A DNA stretch of 64,000 bases from NCBI RefSeq assembly GCF_006345805.1, contig NC_042998.1:55614001-55678000 (forward strand). The letters run 5' to 3'. Shown here piece by piece: positions 1 to 12,561 of this stretch. Position numbers and translations under genes: made by a program. The stretch comes from Octopus sinensis (taxonomy: Eukaryota). The notes under the pieces are model-generated. The model was not told where the DNA came from and ran no database searches. It was given only the letters and a program-made list of their open reading frames with translations. How positions within the stretch are numbered: position 1 is the stretch's first letter; the number at the start of each line of letters is the position of its first letter.

Positions 1-1034
1 GTCGTCCAGAAAGAAGATTGTTCTTCCATGTACAGCTGTAGCTATTTTTATCATTTTGTTATTAGTCGGAGATTACTTTAATGTTACTCTACTTTTCATA
101 TCTCCCTCTCAATAACGCAGTGAAACATTCCTTTATACTCCCCAATCACTTTTGGTTTACTTTAGTCTTGAATGCCTTATAAATCCTAAACTATTAAGCC
201 CTTTGCTTCACTTAGCTCTCTAAGGACTTTGTATTTCAAATGTTTCTAATGGACAGCTCTTTTTTCTTTTCTTTTTCAGAATGTTGAATGCATGGCTTAG
301 GCACTCATTTATTTTTTTTCTTGATCCTTTGCAGTGCTTTTAGAGCACATCTTCGAAAACCACTTTTGTTTTCTCCGTAAAACACACCCCAAAGTTTCCT
401 TGTTGACCATCTTGCAAGAACCCAATTTGTTATTTATTTCATTTTTACACACTTCTTCTATCGTTTATTATTTTCCGTTTTCCCCTCTTTCTCTGTCACT
501 TCCTTCACCTCCCTCTCAAACATACACTCATAGCGGTGCACAGACGAGTTTACTCTTATAATTAAGCACCATAAATCAATAATCTCATTTGTCACATAGA
601 TTATTCTTATGCTATTTAGCGCTAACCAGAAGGCTCTATCAATATCCACATTCAATCAAATCTTAGCCGTTTATTCCTGAGTGTAATCATAGGGCTTCAA
701 TATTTTGCATACGAATACCCTATTTTCGGTTACTTCAAAGTATCTAATGGCCATTAGAAATATGATATCTTGTTTTTACCCTTCTAAATCCATTTTATCT
801 TTTAAGTTTTCAACATTAATATTTCATATTATATTCAACAAGCATAGAATTGTAAAAACCTATTATTTCCTTTAATCTTTCAAATCAACTCATGAGCACT
901 TTCATTATTTTGTGTCTCAACTTCCTCTTCTTGTGCAGGGGTCGGCATCATTTTAAAAGATTAATGCATTTTCTAAAAAAAAAAAAAAAACAGCACTTAT
1001 GGCCTTTTGAGCATTTGATAGCTTTTAGACTGTA

Positions 1035-1888
1035 TTGGGTCATCCCATAAATAATGCAGTTTTTTTATACTTCTTTATTTTAAAAAATTAAGATAAACAA
1101 AGTTCTTTTTTAATCTAAAATATACTCTCCTTCATTTTCTACAATGCTCTTCCATCTATCTGGTAGACTTGCAAGGCCCCTTTTCCAAAATTCACTCCAC
1201 TTAGTACTGTTCTGACCTCGTCTACAGAATTCATATTTTTTCCGTCCAAATGATTTTGAAGACTGCAGAACAAATGATAATCAGATGGAGCAATGTCCGA
1301 CAAATATGGTGGGTGGGGCATTGTTTCCCATTCAAACTACTCCAACCTTTGGAATGTCATCCTCGCTGTACGTGGCTGAGCATTATCCTGATGGAAGAAC
1401 ACCTTTCATCTTGAAACCAAAGATGGACGTTTTCCGATGGCACGCAGGAGTCGATGAATGGTTCAGCAGTCATGATAGGATTTTTTTTCCACCAGACATC
1501 CTCGTCGAGCTTTACAGATCTTCCAGAACGAGGATCATCTCTTAGGCTGTAGTTTCCGGCTCGGGATTTCTGAAACCACCGTTGACACGGGTTTATGCTT
1601 ATTGTCTGATCCCCATAGTCTGCATTAATATTTCCATTGCGTTGTTGCCTTTATTGAACTCATAAAGCAAAATATGCTGAATATGCATGCGCCTTTGTCA
1701 CTTCCATTATAGCTTTGAAAAAGTAACTGTTAAAGTCGAACTGCACTCTTCAGAACTTGCACTAAGAAGTACAAGGTAAAATTAATACCTGCTTTTATAG
1801 CAAATTGACGTAGGTAGTTTATCCCGCCCCTCTCCAACTTTTAGTTCATGCAATTAAAAAAAACCGCATTATTTATGGGATGACCCAA
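1035..1888 (-). mobile_element. Internally deleted mariner transposon
   Basis: ~30-bp TIRs TTGGGTCATCCCATAAATAATGC(A/G)GTTTTT at both ends, with TA at 1033-1034 and 1889-1890. Minus strand gives frameshifted mariner N-terminus (ILLYEFNKGNN..., ATG near 1707) and C-terminus HPPYLSDIAPSDYHLFCSLQNHL. Confidence 0.92.
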
Positions 1889-1956
1889 TATTTTTTGTAT
1901 CACGATTTGTTTGATATTGTGCTTACATAATATTTGCCAGTGATGGAAAATACGGG

Positions 1957-2450
1957 TACGAGGGGGATATTTAAAATTTTATATATAATACAACATACAT
2001 GTGGGCCAAGGGTAAATATACAAGTGAGTTATTACAAAAAAAAAACATAGCTATTGTTTTAGTTTACAACTATTAGATAAATCTTTCCACATATTACTCT
2101 TGGGTACAAATTGCTTGAGTAATCTTTATAAGGAGAATGACACGAATGCAAAAGCCGTACTATCTGCATATTTAGGATTCATCTTTCAGAAATGAAAGTC
2201 AGAGTATCCCATTTCACCCGCTCCTTTAAATTTTGAGATCAATTGTTTAAGACTTTTTAACACTTTCTCAAATTTTCTCAATAATTCTTCATAGGGAATC
2301 GCAAAGTTTTGCATTCTTTTAAGTATTGTACTCATTGCTACGAATTTTTTTTTTCATACATGTCGTGGATGCTTGACATCTGACACCAGCCGCTAAGCTG
2401 ATAACAGCTGCGGTGTCACGTGGCTCATTTAGATCGCAGTTATTTCAATA
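1957..2450 (-). mobile_element. Very degenerate mariner-like remnant
   Basis: TACGAGGG terminus at 1957. Minus-strand traces of the transposase end (SDFHF, CTQE*YVER). Second TIR not found. Confidence 0.35.
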
Positions 2451-3664
2451 ACCAAATCACAAACCAGTTGCAATGGCGAGGAAAGGTAATATGAAACAGA
2501 AAGATTGGAATTGGTGGGGAAAAAAAAACTAACAAAACTGTTAAATAATTCTTAGGAAATAATGAAGACCAAATAGAAGGATAAACGTGAGAAGAATAGT
2601 CTAAACAATGAACACATGGAAATAAGAATAAAAGAAAAGAAACACAAAAAATAAACGACTTTTGAGAAAGAAAGAACAAACTGGGAAAGAAAAAAAGCTA
2701 TCACATTGCTTCTTTTCAATAAATTGGTAAACAGTTCTTATCTCTTCAAACGGTGAGCCGTAGCATGTCCAAAATTGTTTGTATGAAACAGATATTCTTT
2801 CTTTGAGAAATTACTTCTCAAATTCATGTGTTAAAAATAGTTAAAATATCTTTAAGTTTTTTGCTTTGCTTTGTAGATTTTTTTTTTTTACCTTTTATGT
2901 TATTTTAAACAAATGATTTTTTTTTTCCTCGTTCGTTTGTTTTTATTTTAAATCTCAATTTCAGAATTTAATTTAGTTCTTGATTTGCTCTTTGCCTTTT
3001 TCTTTCGCTTTCATTCGTTTTACCCTCCTTTCTTTCATCTTATTCTTTCTAACGCCTCTTCCTCTCTCTCCATCCCTTTCTCTCTCCTCCTCCTTCTCCT
3101 CTCTCTCTTTCTCTTGCGTTTTGTTATTCTCATCCCCGTTTCCCTTAAACTCAGTATCAGTAATGTTGTTACTTATTTTTTTTAATATATAGTCGTTGAT
3201 TTATTTATTGCATACACTTTAATTTCTTTCTCTCTCCCTCTTTCTCTCTTACCTTTTTCGTCCTCTCTCCCTCTCCCTTTCTCTCTCTTTCTCTCTCTTT
3301 CTCTCTCAGACACACACACGCACACACACATATACACGCACATATGCATACATACATAAATACATAGATACACACACACACATAATCTTCTTACCTTTAA
3401 AACAAGCACCCATTTAATTCTTCTGTTATATTTATGTGAACCTTACTGTTTTGTTTTTCGGTCTTGTGTTGTCTTATTTTTCTTGTAATCCACAAAAATA
3501 TAATTAAATCACAATCATGTAATTATCTGCTGTAATGGGAGTCAGCGAAGGAGCCCCTATGAAGGAGCTACTTGACCGGCTAAAAATAGCAAACAAATCT
3601 TACTTAAATTACATCCTAGTCTGAAAAAGGAGTTATTGGCACAGGATAATGTAGTTTAAAATAT

Positions 3665-4020
3665 GCAGACGTGGGTGTGTGGTAAAAAGCTTGCTTCCTA
3701 ACCACGTTGTTCCAAGTTCAATTCCACTGCATGACACTTTGGGAAAGTGTCAGCCTTGTGAGTGGATTTGATAGATGGAACCTAAAAGAATCCTGTCGTG
3801 TGTGTGTGTGTATTTGTGCTTGTCCTCCGCCTCCGCTTTACAACCGGTGTTGGTATATTTACGTCCCCATGACAAAGCGGTTCGGCAAAAGATCGATAGA
3901 ATAAGTACCAGGCTAAAAAGGAAAAAAGTGCTTGGGTCGATTAGTTCGACTAAAATTCCTCAAAGCAGTGCCCCAGCATAGCCACAGTTAAATGACTGAA
4001 ACAAATAAAAGATGAAAGAT
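3665..4020 (+). mobile_element. SINE group A (tRNA-derived head, internal TG microsatellite, CAGTC-AAAT-GACTG-type tail)
   Basis: Head GTGTGTGGTAA...GTTCAATTCC resembles A/B boxes. Colinear with copies at 31215, 35155, 48841 and 63225. Confidence 0.85.
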
Positions 4021-5610
4021 AATACGTCAGAGGAAGGCGATGAAGTTATGGCTGAAATGCCTTTTATCATCGACCTGCTTATTCAAGGCTAAACGACTGC
4101 TGCTTACTGAAAAGTTTCAGTCTTATTTTAGAATATTTAAACTGCTCTTTTAAATAAAGAATTTCTTACAGACACTTTTGTTTGTCAACTCCTAAAGGTA
4201 CAGTTGTGCCTGGCGAGATTTGAACTTAGAGGCTGAAGAACATTTACATTAAAATTTCTTATAAAGGTGTCAACTCCAGATTTATGTAGAAGAGGACAGT
4301 CGAAGAGGACGTGCCTTAATGTTATATTCATGCAGAATCAGCGTGACACAGTGTGTGAATAGGTGGAGGTTATTTGAATAATATGTACGATACGTTCCGA
4401 TGGGTTTCATAGTTTACATTCACTCATTTTCATTCTTGAGGCTCAGGTTGTCAAGTGTCTATAGTTAAAAAAAAACAGTTACTTAATATGTTACTCATTA
4501 AGATCGAACCGGAAGCTTGTGAATGCGAAGCAAACTTCTTAGCCAGTTGACCATATTGTGTCTATTTAGGTGAGATTGTAAGCAATTGTTATCGTCCGTT
4601 TATTTTATTGTCTCCCGAAGGATAAAACTCAAAATCGAATACAGTGAAATTTGAACACAAACCTCAAAGAAACAAAATTAAATTACTGTTTTGCAATATA
4701 TCCGATGCGCTAAACTTTGTGCCATTTTACTCCGTTCTTCTGTATAATGAATGGCATTAGTAAATGTTATCTCTTAAACTTATATCGGAACTTCATTCTT
4801 TTCATTTCTTCAACTATGACAGTAATCGTCCATATTTTAAATTTGAAGCCTTTTATCTGGAACATGGAATTTTGTCATGTGTAAATGTCATCAATACTTC
4901 CATTTTAATCTCGGATAATAGTGTCTTTATCGTTCATGATGGAGTTGTTGTTTATCACCAGCTCACTCCTTATTGACAAAAACCCATGATCACAGATGCT
5001 CTAACCGTCTTTTTTTTTTTTGTCCAATCATTATACATTATACATGCAGGATTACATTATCCAAGAGAGTAAAGTTCGATTTGAGAGCAAATTGTCTGCT
5101 TCTTCTAGCACAACATCATAGAGGGTTCCTTAATTCGCTGTACACTGCCTTGTTTGTAAGCGGGGTTGAATATAATCTTCTCCGGTAACTACCACATATT
5201 TACTTTATCAAACTAAGCATTTTTGGAAGGTAAAATTGAATCCATTGCAAACTCAAAATCATAAAATCTATAAACTTAGTCAACAACTCGAACTTACTTC
5301 TCGAAAATTCTAAAGGAAGACACATTTTATTGACCCGATCAAAGTATATTATAACCACAAGAATATAAAAGCTAAGTCGCCATGCAATGGGATCTGCTAT
5401 CCATTCCCGTGTTCCTTTCAGTCAACATTCCGTCCGTCCTTTCCTCCCTAAATTCTTCCCTCCCTCCCTCACTCACTCACTCATTCACACACACACTCAT
5501 TCACTCAGTCACACACACACACACATACTCACTCACACACACATATACTCACTCACACACACACATACTCACTCACACACACATACTTACACACATTCTC
5601 TCTCCCTTCT

Positions 5611-5641
<31 letters not shown>

Positions 5642-5967
5642 CCTTTAGATCTATCTATCGGTCTATTTGTCTGTCTGTCTAATTAACTGTCAGATCTTCT
5701 TTCTATTCTGCTGACGTGTGTATCTGCTTATTTTCACAATACAGATAAACATTTAAACCTAATAATAAAACAAAAAAACAATGTATGATGGCGTTACCCA
5801 ACCATGGCCACAGATTTTTTTCTGGAACGCGTTAAAGATAAAAGTGTAACATCCACAGCTATTCGTTAACCAAGGTTATTTCACTTTAATTATCTATCGA
5901 TAGAAATTCATAGATCATGACATTTTTGCATTATGTTAAACATTTTGATTGTGCTTACGATTTAAAC

Positions 5968-6555
5968 ATGTAGAATAATATAAATGTAGAATGTAGAATA
6001 ATATAAATAATAACATGTAGAATAATAAAATGTAGATTAATATCTTTATATATAAAAGTGAAGTTGTGTGTCTGTCTCCTACGATTTAAATTCCTAACTA
6101 CTCCCACATTTTGCAGTGCAGTTTAACCAAAACCGGGTATCTTATAGTCGTGATTCATATCTCGAGCCCTTCTGGGTATCAACGCGCGTCTACGATGAGT
6201 CTACGATTAAAAAAAAAAATACCATCATTTTTTTCCATTTTAATGCATTTTTTTCGCTATTATATAAGGGAAGTAATTCTCTAAAAATGTCTACGATGAG
6301 TCAACGATTTAAAAAAAAAATTACCATCATTTCTTTTCCATTTTTAATGCATTTTTTTGCTATTTTTTGGCTATAACTCTCTAAAAATGCTTATATAGTT
6401 ATTTCCCTTACAAACCCGAGCAACGCCGGGCGATACTGCTAGTAAATAATAAAATGTAGATTAATAAAATGTAGAAGAATGTAAATGTAGAGTAATAAAA
6501 TGTAGAAGAATATAAATGTAGAATAATATAAATATAGAATGTAGAATAATATAAA
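5968..6555 (+). repeat. Degenerate ~13-nt minisatellite (ATAAATGTAGAAT-like) interrupted by a Helitron-like element
   Basis: Units at 5968-6040 and 6443-6555. Confidence 0.8.
6043..6442 (+). mobile_element. Non-autonomous Helitron-like element
   Basis: 5' A|TC (TCTTTATATATAAAAG), subterminal hairpin CCCGAGCAACGCCGGG, 3' CTAG|T, no TSD. Internal ~100-bp direct duplication around 6190-6390. Confidence 0.8.
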
Positions 6556-6714
6556 CCTCCCTCCCCCTCACTCTCTCTAATAATATAGGCCTTCTCTCTA
6601 TTTCTCTCTCATCCTCTTTCTCTCTCAGGCTTACGTGTTTTCCCTTTTTATTTTTTCACCGATTCCACTATTTCTGTTTCATTTATTTATTTGTTCATGA
6701 ATTGAGTTGCCTTT

Positions 6715-7290
6715 AATATTTCTCAAAGTGTGTGGCCCATCGTGACGGTAAAGTCAGAACACTGCGATAGGATATCTATACTCTGAAATGAGTTTAAAAT
6801 ATACAGTTCTATTAATTTACAAACTTCAGCACCATCGGAGAACCTCATGTTTATATCGAACAATTCATTGCCATTGACTCACCTCTTAGAAAATTATTGT
6901 GCATTAGCAAAGATTTCTTAATGTGAATAATGACGTTAATGTTTGAATTTATCAACAAGAATAAAACCACTACTGAATTTTAAAGCTTTTAAAGGAATTT
7001 AGTTACGCATTATACCAAATTACATTAATTTACGAAGGTGTTTATCATCTATATTGTGGAGCTGCTAGAAAGCAGATAATCTATTATTCCATACCGGAGA
7101 AAAATTATCTGATTTATATTGAAAATAATGGAATCCAAGATATGTTCACTGACCTTATCTTCATTACTTTTCCTCGGATTTATTAATCTAATGTAGCGTT
7201 AGGAAAGAAATTATCTTTGTTTTTCAAAAAGCTATAGAAATCGCCAAAGATTTATTCCAATTAGTGTTTCTGATATTATCTATGTTAGGC
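6715..7290 (-). pseudogene. Degenerate Penelope-like reverse transcriptase fragment
   Basis: Minus-strand motifs in the expected order: KNKDNFFPNAT/RLINPRKS (~7167-7225), FDINMRFSDGAEVCKLIELYILN (6790-6861), LYRHDG (6736-6753). These match PLE RTs of the RLINPAKS / MGSxDGAEvCeL / GLYRDDG type. Many stops and frameshifts. Confidence 0.75.
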
Positions 7291-7595
7291 AATCTTAGGA
7301 AATCATAGGAAACAATGAAATAAATCTATTTTGCATAATTCTTTTTGGACATGGAGAACGGCTTGAAAATATCTGGTGTAAATATAAGATTATATGATGG
7401 ACTGAGAATTTATATGATAAGGTATCTGTTCCACTTCGCAGTTAAATGTTCTTTCCTATGTTGCCAGGATTGTCTAAACCTTATAAACAACTTGTTGACG
7501 TAAACCATAGGCATCATAGGATATTTTATTGAGATAGCATCAAGTATAGCTAGTGTTGTACAAAAACATTATTGTTTCCACAAAGAATAAATAAA

Positions 7596-7930
7596 GGCGC
7601 TTGTCTCAGTGGTTAGAGTGTCGGGGCTCACAATCATGAGGTAGTGAGTTCGATTCCCGGACCGGGCTGTGTGTTATATTTTTGTGCAAGACACTTTATT
7701 TCACGTTGTTCCAGTTCACTCAGCTGTAGAAATGAGTTGCGATGTCATTGGTGCCAAGCTGTATTGCCTTTCTCTTGGATAACATCAGTGGTGTGGAGAG
7801 GGGAGGCTGGTATGCATGGGCGACTGCTAGCCTTTCACAAGCAATCTTGCTCTGACTTGTGCCTCGGAGGGAAACTTTCTAAATCCAATCCTATGGTCAT
7901 TTATGTCCGAAAGGGATCTTTACTCTTTTA
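7596..7930 (+). mobile_element. SINE group C (head GGCGC..AGTGGTTAG; core GCAAGACACTTTATTTCACGTTG)
   Basis: tRNA-like head with GTTCGATTCC B-box. Core shared with 18760, 29461, 34875 and 52320. Confidence 0.85.
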
Positions 7931-8851
7931 AATAAAATAAAAAATTCAACTGTTTTGTATCTAATAGTTGCCAATGGTATCCACTTAATATTGCAGAGTA
8001 GTCATTGCTGTTGATAATAATCTATTAATTTACATCTTTCATATTCTTAAGGTTATTTATCGTTATAAATACCAAACCAAAGCGAATACCTCGCTATGTG
8101 AACATTACTGGAATAGTTTATCTTGCTAGCATATAAGGCTGATGAAGTATTTATGAAACAAACAAGATGTATTTGAAGATTATACATTGCAATTAATATT
8201 GCGGAGCTAAGGAGTCCTTTGCAATGGAACAAAATAATTATATAAAGCATCGTGAAAATCGTTTAAAAAAAAACATTCTCTCAATGTATGTATGCATTGG
8301 GAAATTTAGTAAGTTATCTCTCAACTACCCTCTCGAAATACATATAGTGTTCAGAGGATCATTATCAAGAATTATAAAATCGTTAGATCTTTTATAGATC
8401 AAACGCTAATGTCGCTACATTAACAATTCCAGGAGGTATGATCTTTGTCTTACAGTGAAATATAAAACAGAATTTTAAAATTATTTGCCAGAAGAATATA
8501 GTTCGTGAACTTTTGTAGACACTTCCATTGGTATTATTCAAGAATTTTCAACTACCAACAGGTAAAAATACAATTAGATTTGCCACTTCTGCACAGATAG
8601 TAATATGAATTTTTTAAAAATCACTCATTTTTATATACTAAACATAATTAACAATGACTCATTTCAAATACTGCACATTTTCCCACATATATCGTCTTAG
8701 TGCTTATGTACTTTAGTCGTTTGAATAATCGGTAGCATAAAACTCAGATTATAATTTAAGATGCTTCATCTTCTCAGAATATAATTGCAGTCTACTTTAT
8801 GCTCTGAATATTTATTCCCGTTTAGTAAACAGGAACATTCAGACACACACA

Positions 8852-8857
8852 CACAGA

Positions 8858-8895
<38 letters not shown>

Positions 8896-8991
8896 CACAC
8901 ACACACACACATACATATTATACATACTCATATGCAAATGCAGACATGTATATTTATGTATGAATGTATGGATATGTATACGTATACAATT

Positions 8992-9031
<40 letters not shown>

Positions 9032-9190
9032 AGATAGATAGATAGAAAGATAGATAGAAAGATAGATAGAAAGATAGATAGAAAGATAGATAGAAAGATA
9101 GATAGAAAGATAGATAGAAAGATAGATAGAAAGATAGATAGAAAGATAGATAGAAAGATAGATAGAAAGATAGATAGAAAGAAAGATACG

Positions 9191-9223
<33 letters not shown>

Positions 9224-9256
9224 GGACAGACAGACAGACAGACATTTGTATATACA

Positions 9257-9289
<33 letters not shown>

Positions 9290-9290
9290 T
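8852..9290 (+). repeat. Compound microsatellite (CA)n, (GATA)n, (GAAAGATAGATA)11, (GACA)n, (TACA)n
   Basis: Read directly. 12-nt higher-order units run 9045-9176. Confidence 0.97.
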
Positions 9291-9549
9291 CATATGTAAA
9301 CACTTGCACACGCTTATCCATTAATATTCTTACAAAGAACGCTATTTCTTGAAACTGTCTTAAATCCATAAATAGTGGATAGCGTTATGCTGTATCAATA
9401 TGTTATTTCCATATTATTCAACAAAATAATAGCTAATATTATTACACCCGAGGCGTCAACAATCTTGTAAAATTAGAAAATGAACTTGTATGAAACCTCT
9501 TAGAAATTCTCTAATGGACTCACTGAAATTCAACTATATACTTAAGATA

Positions 9550-10012
9550 GACAGACATATATACATAGACAGACATATATACATACATACAGATGCATAT
9601 AGTAAATGTAGGGGATGTACAAATACATGCATAATATGTGGATATATATATATATTTATATGTGTGTAAATATATACATAATAAAGATATTCTTATATAC
9701 ATGTATATATATAATATATCTATATGCACAATATATGTAAGTAAAACATGTATGTAGATATGTATATATGTATATACGTATATGTATGTAAATATGCGTG
9801 TATATATAAATATATATATATACATACATATACGTACAAATTCTTCTATAGATGTATATTTATATACGTATTTATATGAACACATGCAAATATAATTGTA
9901 CGTATATATACACGTGTATATTATATTTATGTACATATATTTATGTACATGCATATATGTATATATATATATATATATACATGTAAATATGCACATAAGA
10001 AAATATATATGC

Positions 10013-10049
<37 letters not shown>

Positions 10050-10158
10050 GTATATGTATGTATGCATGTATGTATATATGTATGTATGTTTGTATACGTA
10101 AGCATAACACCCACGCATGCACAAATATATATAAATATATATATATTACACACACATA
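9550..10158. repeat. TA/TATG-rich low-complexity tract
   Basis: Alternating purine-pyrimidine simple repeats. Source of the Y/I/C/M-rich pseudo-ORFs. Confidence 0.95.
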
Positions 10159-10700
10159 TTCTTTTATTCTTTTATATGCTTCAGCCTTGAGGCTGCGGCC
10201 ATGCTGGGGCACCGCCATTGTAATCACGTTTTAATTGGCCAGTTCTATGGGCTTGGCTTTTGGTGAAGGAGGGAGCTCGATATCACTGCCCTCTTTTGAC
10301 TTTCCTGCCTTGATATTGGTTCATCTGGGATGTTGAATAGTAAGAGGTCAAGTTGTTTCTTGAAAACATCTCTCACTCCATGGAGATCCCTCAGATGTTT
10401 TGGCAAGGAGTTAAATAGCTGTGGGCTCTTGAATCCCATCTATTGCATTACATGGTCCTCGCCCTAGATGAGACAGCTGGGACTTTTGGAACAGTGTAGT
10501 GACGTCCATTTTGAAGTCTTGTATAACTCTCAATTCCAAAGTTTGGTGCCAGCCACTCCAGAATCTTCCGTACATATATCACTGCGTACCTCTCCCGTTT
10601 TCGCTCCAGGGAGTAGAGTCGTAGCTCTTTCAGTCTCTCCAAGTAGCTCAACTATCCCATTGATGCAGTCGTCCTTGTGTAGTATCGGTGAACCGCCTCA
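10159..10700 (-). mobile_element. CR1-clade LINE, 5'-truncated 3' end with 3' UTR and (AAAAGAAT)n tail
   Basis: SYLERLKELRLYSLERKRERY resembles the CR1 YEERLxELGLFSLEKRR motif. PQLFNSLPKHLRD...FKKQLD follows in a shifted frame, then a short UTR and tandem tail. Confidence 0.8.
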
Positions 10701-10707
10701 AGTTCTG

Positions 10708-10772
<65 letters not shown>

Positions 10773-10819
10773 CGTGCGTGGAGAGAGAGAGACCAAAGTG
10801 TACGTACGCCGCCATATGT

Positions 10820-11345
10820 ATATAAAAAGGAATACAAAAAAATGGGACAAGAACGCAAAATATCCAGAACTATGATACAAAAGAGGGACAAGAAAAAACA
10901 TGACAGGTCATTTGAAGTCTTCTTTTCTCGGTCGAGTTCCAGATTATCTTTGCAATTTCGGCTGGTTATACTCGAGATTGCTCCAATCTGGCCAGCCCCA
11001 AGGAAAAACTAAGCTTAAAGCATTAGATTCCTTGGAAGGAAGCAGCAAATGTATATTAAAACAAGGATGGAAGAAAACGGAGAAATGGTACACAAATACA
11101 AATGCAAATAACAGGACATAACAACAGGTGTCTTTCGATTAAGGACGAATTCAATTAAGCTGGCATGTGAGAAAGTGAAGCCTTGCGGCAGGGACATAAG
11201 AGATGAAAGGCATGAGGAGGAATATAGATGTTGCCCGGATGGTAATCGAACCAAGAAAGAAAGATCAGGCTTGGCCGAACACCGGTCACGTAGGGAGAGA
11301 CAAGAGAGGTAGAGGCAGAGAGACAAGAATTTCCTGGCTTTCCCT
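10820..11345 (-). mobile_element. Probable PLE terminal (pLTR-like) remnant
   Basis: Segment GGGACAAGAACG..AAA recurs at ~27030-27200 and ~44350-44460. Weak GIY-YIG C-terminal trace (LMSLPQGFTFS). Confidence 0.45.
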
Positions 11346-11501
11346 TCATTCTCACCTTCCCTCCTCTTTCATCTCTCTCACACTCTTTCTTTTTCTTGTC
11401 CCTCCCTAATGTCATTTTACTGTGGGAAATTTCTCTGAAAGAAAGTTTTGCAGAAAGGTGAGTAGATTGATTACATATGTCTTTCATTGTTTTATCGCAG
11501 T

Positions 11502-11725
11502 AAGGCGGCGAGCTAGCAGAAACATTAGCACGCCGGACGAAATGGTTCGCAGAATTTTTCATCTGTCTTTACTTCTGAGTTCAAATTCTGCCGAGGTTGA
11601 CTTTGCCTTTCATCCTTTCGGGGTCAATAAATTAAGTACCAGTTGCGTACTGGGGTCAATATAATCATCTGCCCCCCCCCCCAAATTTCGAGCTTTGTGC
11701 CTAGAGTAGAAAAGATTATTTTATC
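11502..11725 (+). mobile_element. SINE group B (GGCGGCGAGCTGGCAGAA... head)
   Basis: Contains GAGTTCAAATTC.GCCGAGGT.GACTTTGCCTTTCATCC, shared by more than 10 copies in the window. Confidence 0.88.
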
Positions 11726-12561
11726 GCAGTTTTTTTTTCACAATCATTGAATATGAGCTAATATAGGTGATCAGCTTGCTAAGACAAACAGCCAAATCTT
11801 CAAATCACTCGTAACTGCTAAAAGAAACACATTAAATAACGTAGTCTTTGAAATGTAATGTCCAGAAAAGAATAACGTTGTCATGTTTAGAACGTTTTTT
11901 TATCATAGAATTGTTATCATCATTGATTTGGAGCTTAGCAACAGCAATAATTATTACCTCATCTAATAGCGCTGCTCTATAAAAAAGCCGTAAGCGTAGT
12001 AAGGCGATCTATCAAAAAAGTTCCCTTCACAACAAAGAAGTTTCAGATTCTAGCTCACTGCGAGGCATCTTGGATAAATGTCATTTTCTTTAGCCACATG
12101 TCAGCCTGTATCTTGCGAGTGAAACTGGCCAGACGGTAGCTGCACAGAAGCCCCTCGGTTGGATTGCACCTGTAATTAAAAGCTAGAATCTAGTCGTACT
12201 TTGTATCACACTTTTTCGACCTGGGAATTATGCGCGTCTCGTGATGAGCAGGACATTCAGTCAGTCGAAGAAACGAATCCTCGTTGTTGAATGACCCTAA
12301 CCCTAACCCTCACTAGTATAAAAATACTGTACCTATACACTAGAACTACTGACTGATTAACCTAAAACCAAGTATACATATTACATTCATAACCTCTATA
12401 ATGCGTTCAGTTAAACTTGTTGCTCAGTGTCTTTGGTTTTTACATCTTTTGCATACAGCCTTCATTTTATTGTCTACTAACTGATTTTATCATTCGAGCA
12501 TTATGCCTTTCTTAATTGCCTTCAGCGTTTCACACACACACAACAGCGCAGTACTCAATAA

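Noticed and set aside
1-123. Frame reading SSRKKIVLPCTAVAIFIILLLVGDYFNV, like a type II membrane anchor
   Set aside because: Start is outside the window, there is no convincing donor before the stop, and hydrophobic runs are common in T-rich DNA.
5051-5155. Possible exon (TGCAG acceptor, GTAAGC donor)
   Set aside because: No recognisable peptide, mediocre acceptor and no linked exon.
8137-8160. CTGATGA...GAAAC hammerhead-like spacing
   Set aside because: Stems I and II cannot form.
8839-10227. ORFs of 106-235 aa
   Set aside because: Translations of GATA, TA and CA microsatellites.
12295-12310. (CCCTAA)2.7 telomere-like repeat
   Set aside because: Too short to call an interstitial telomere.
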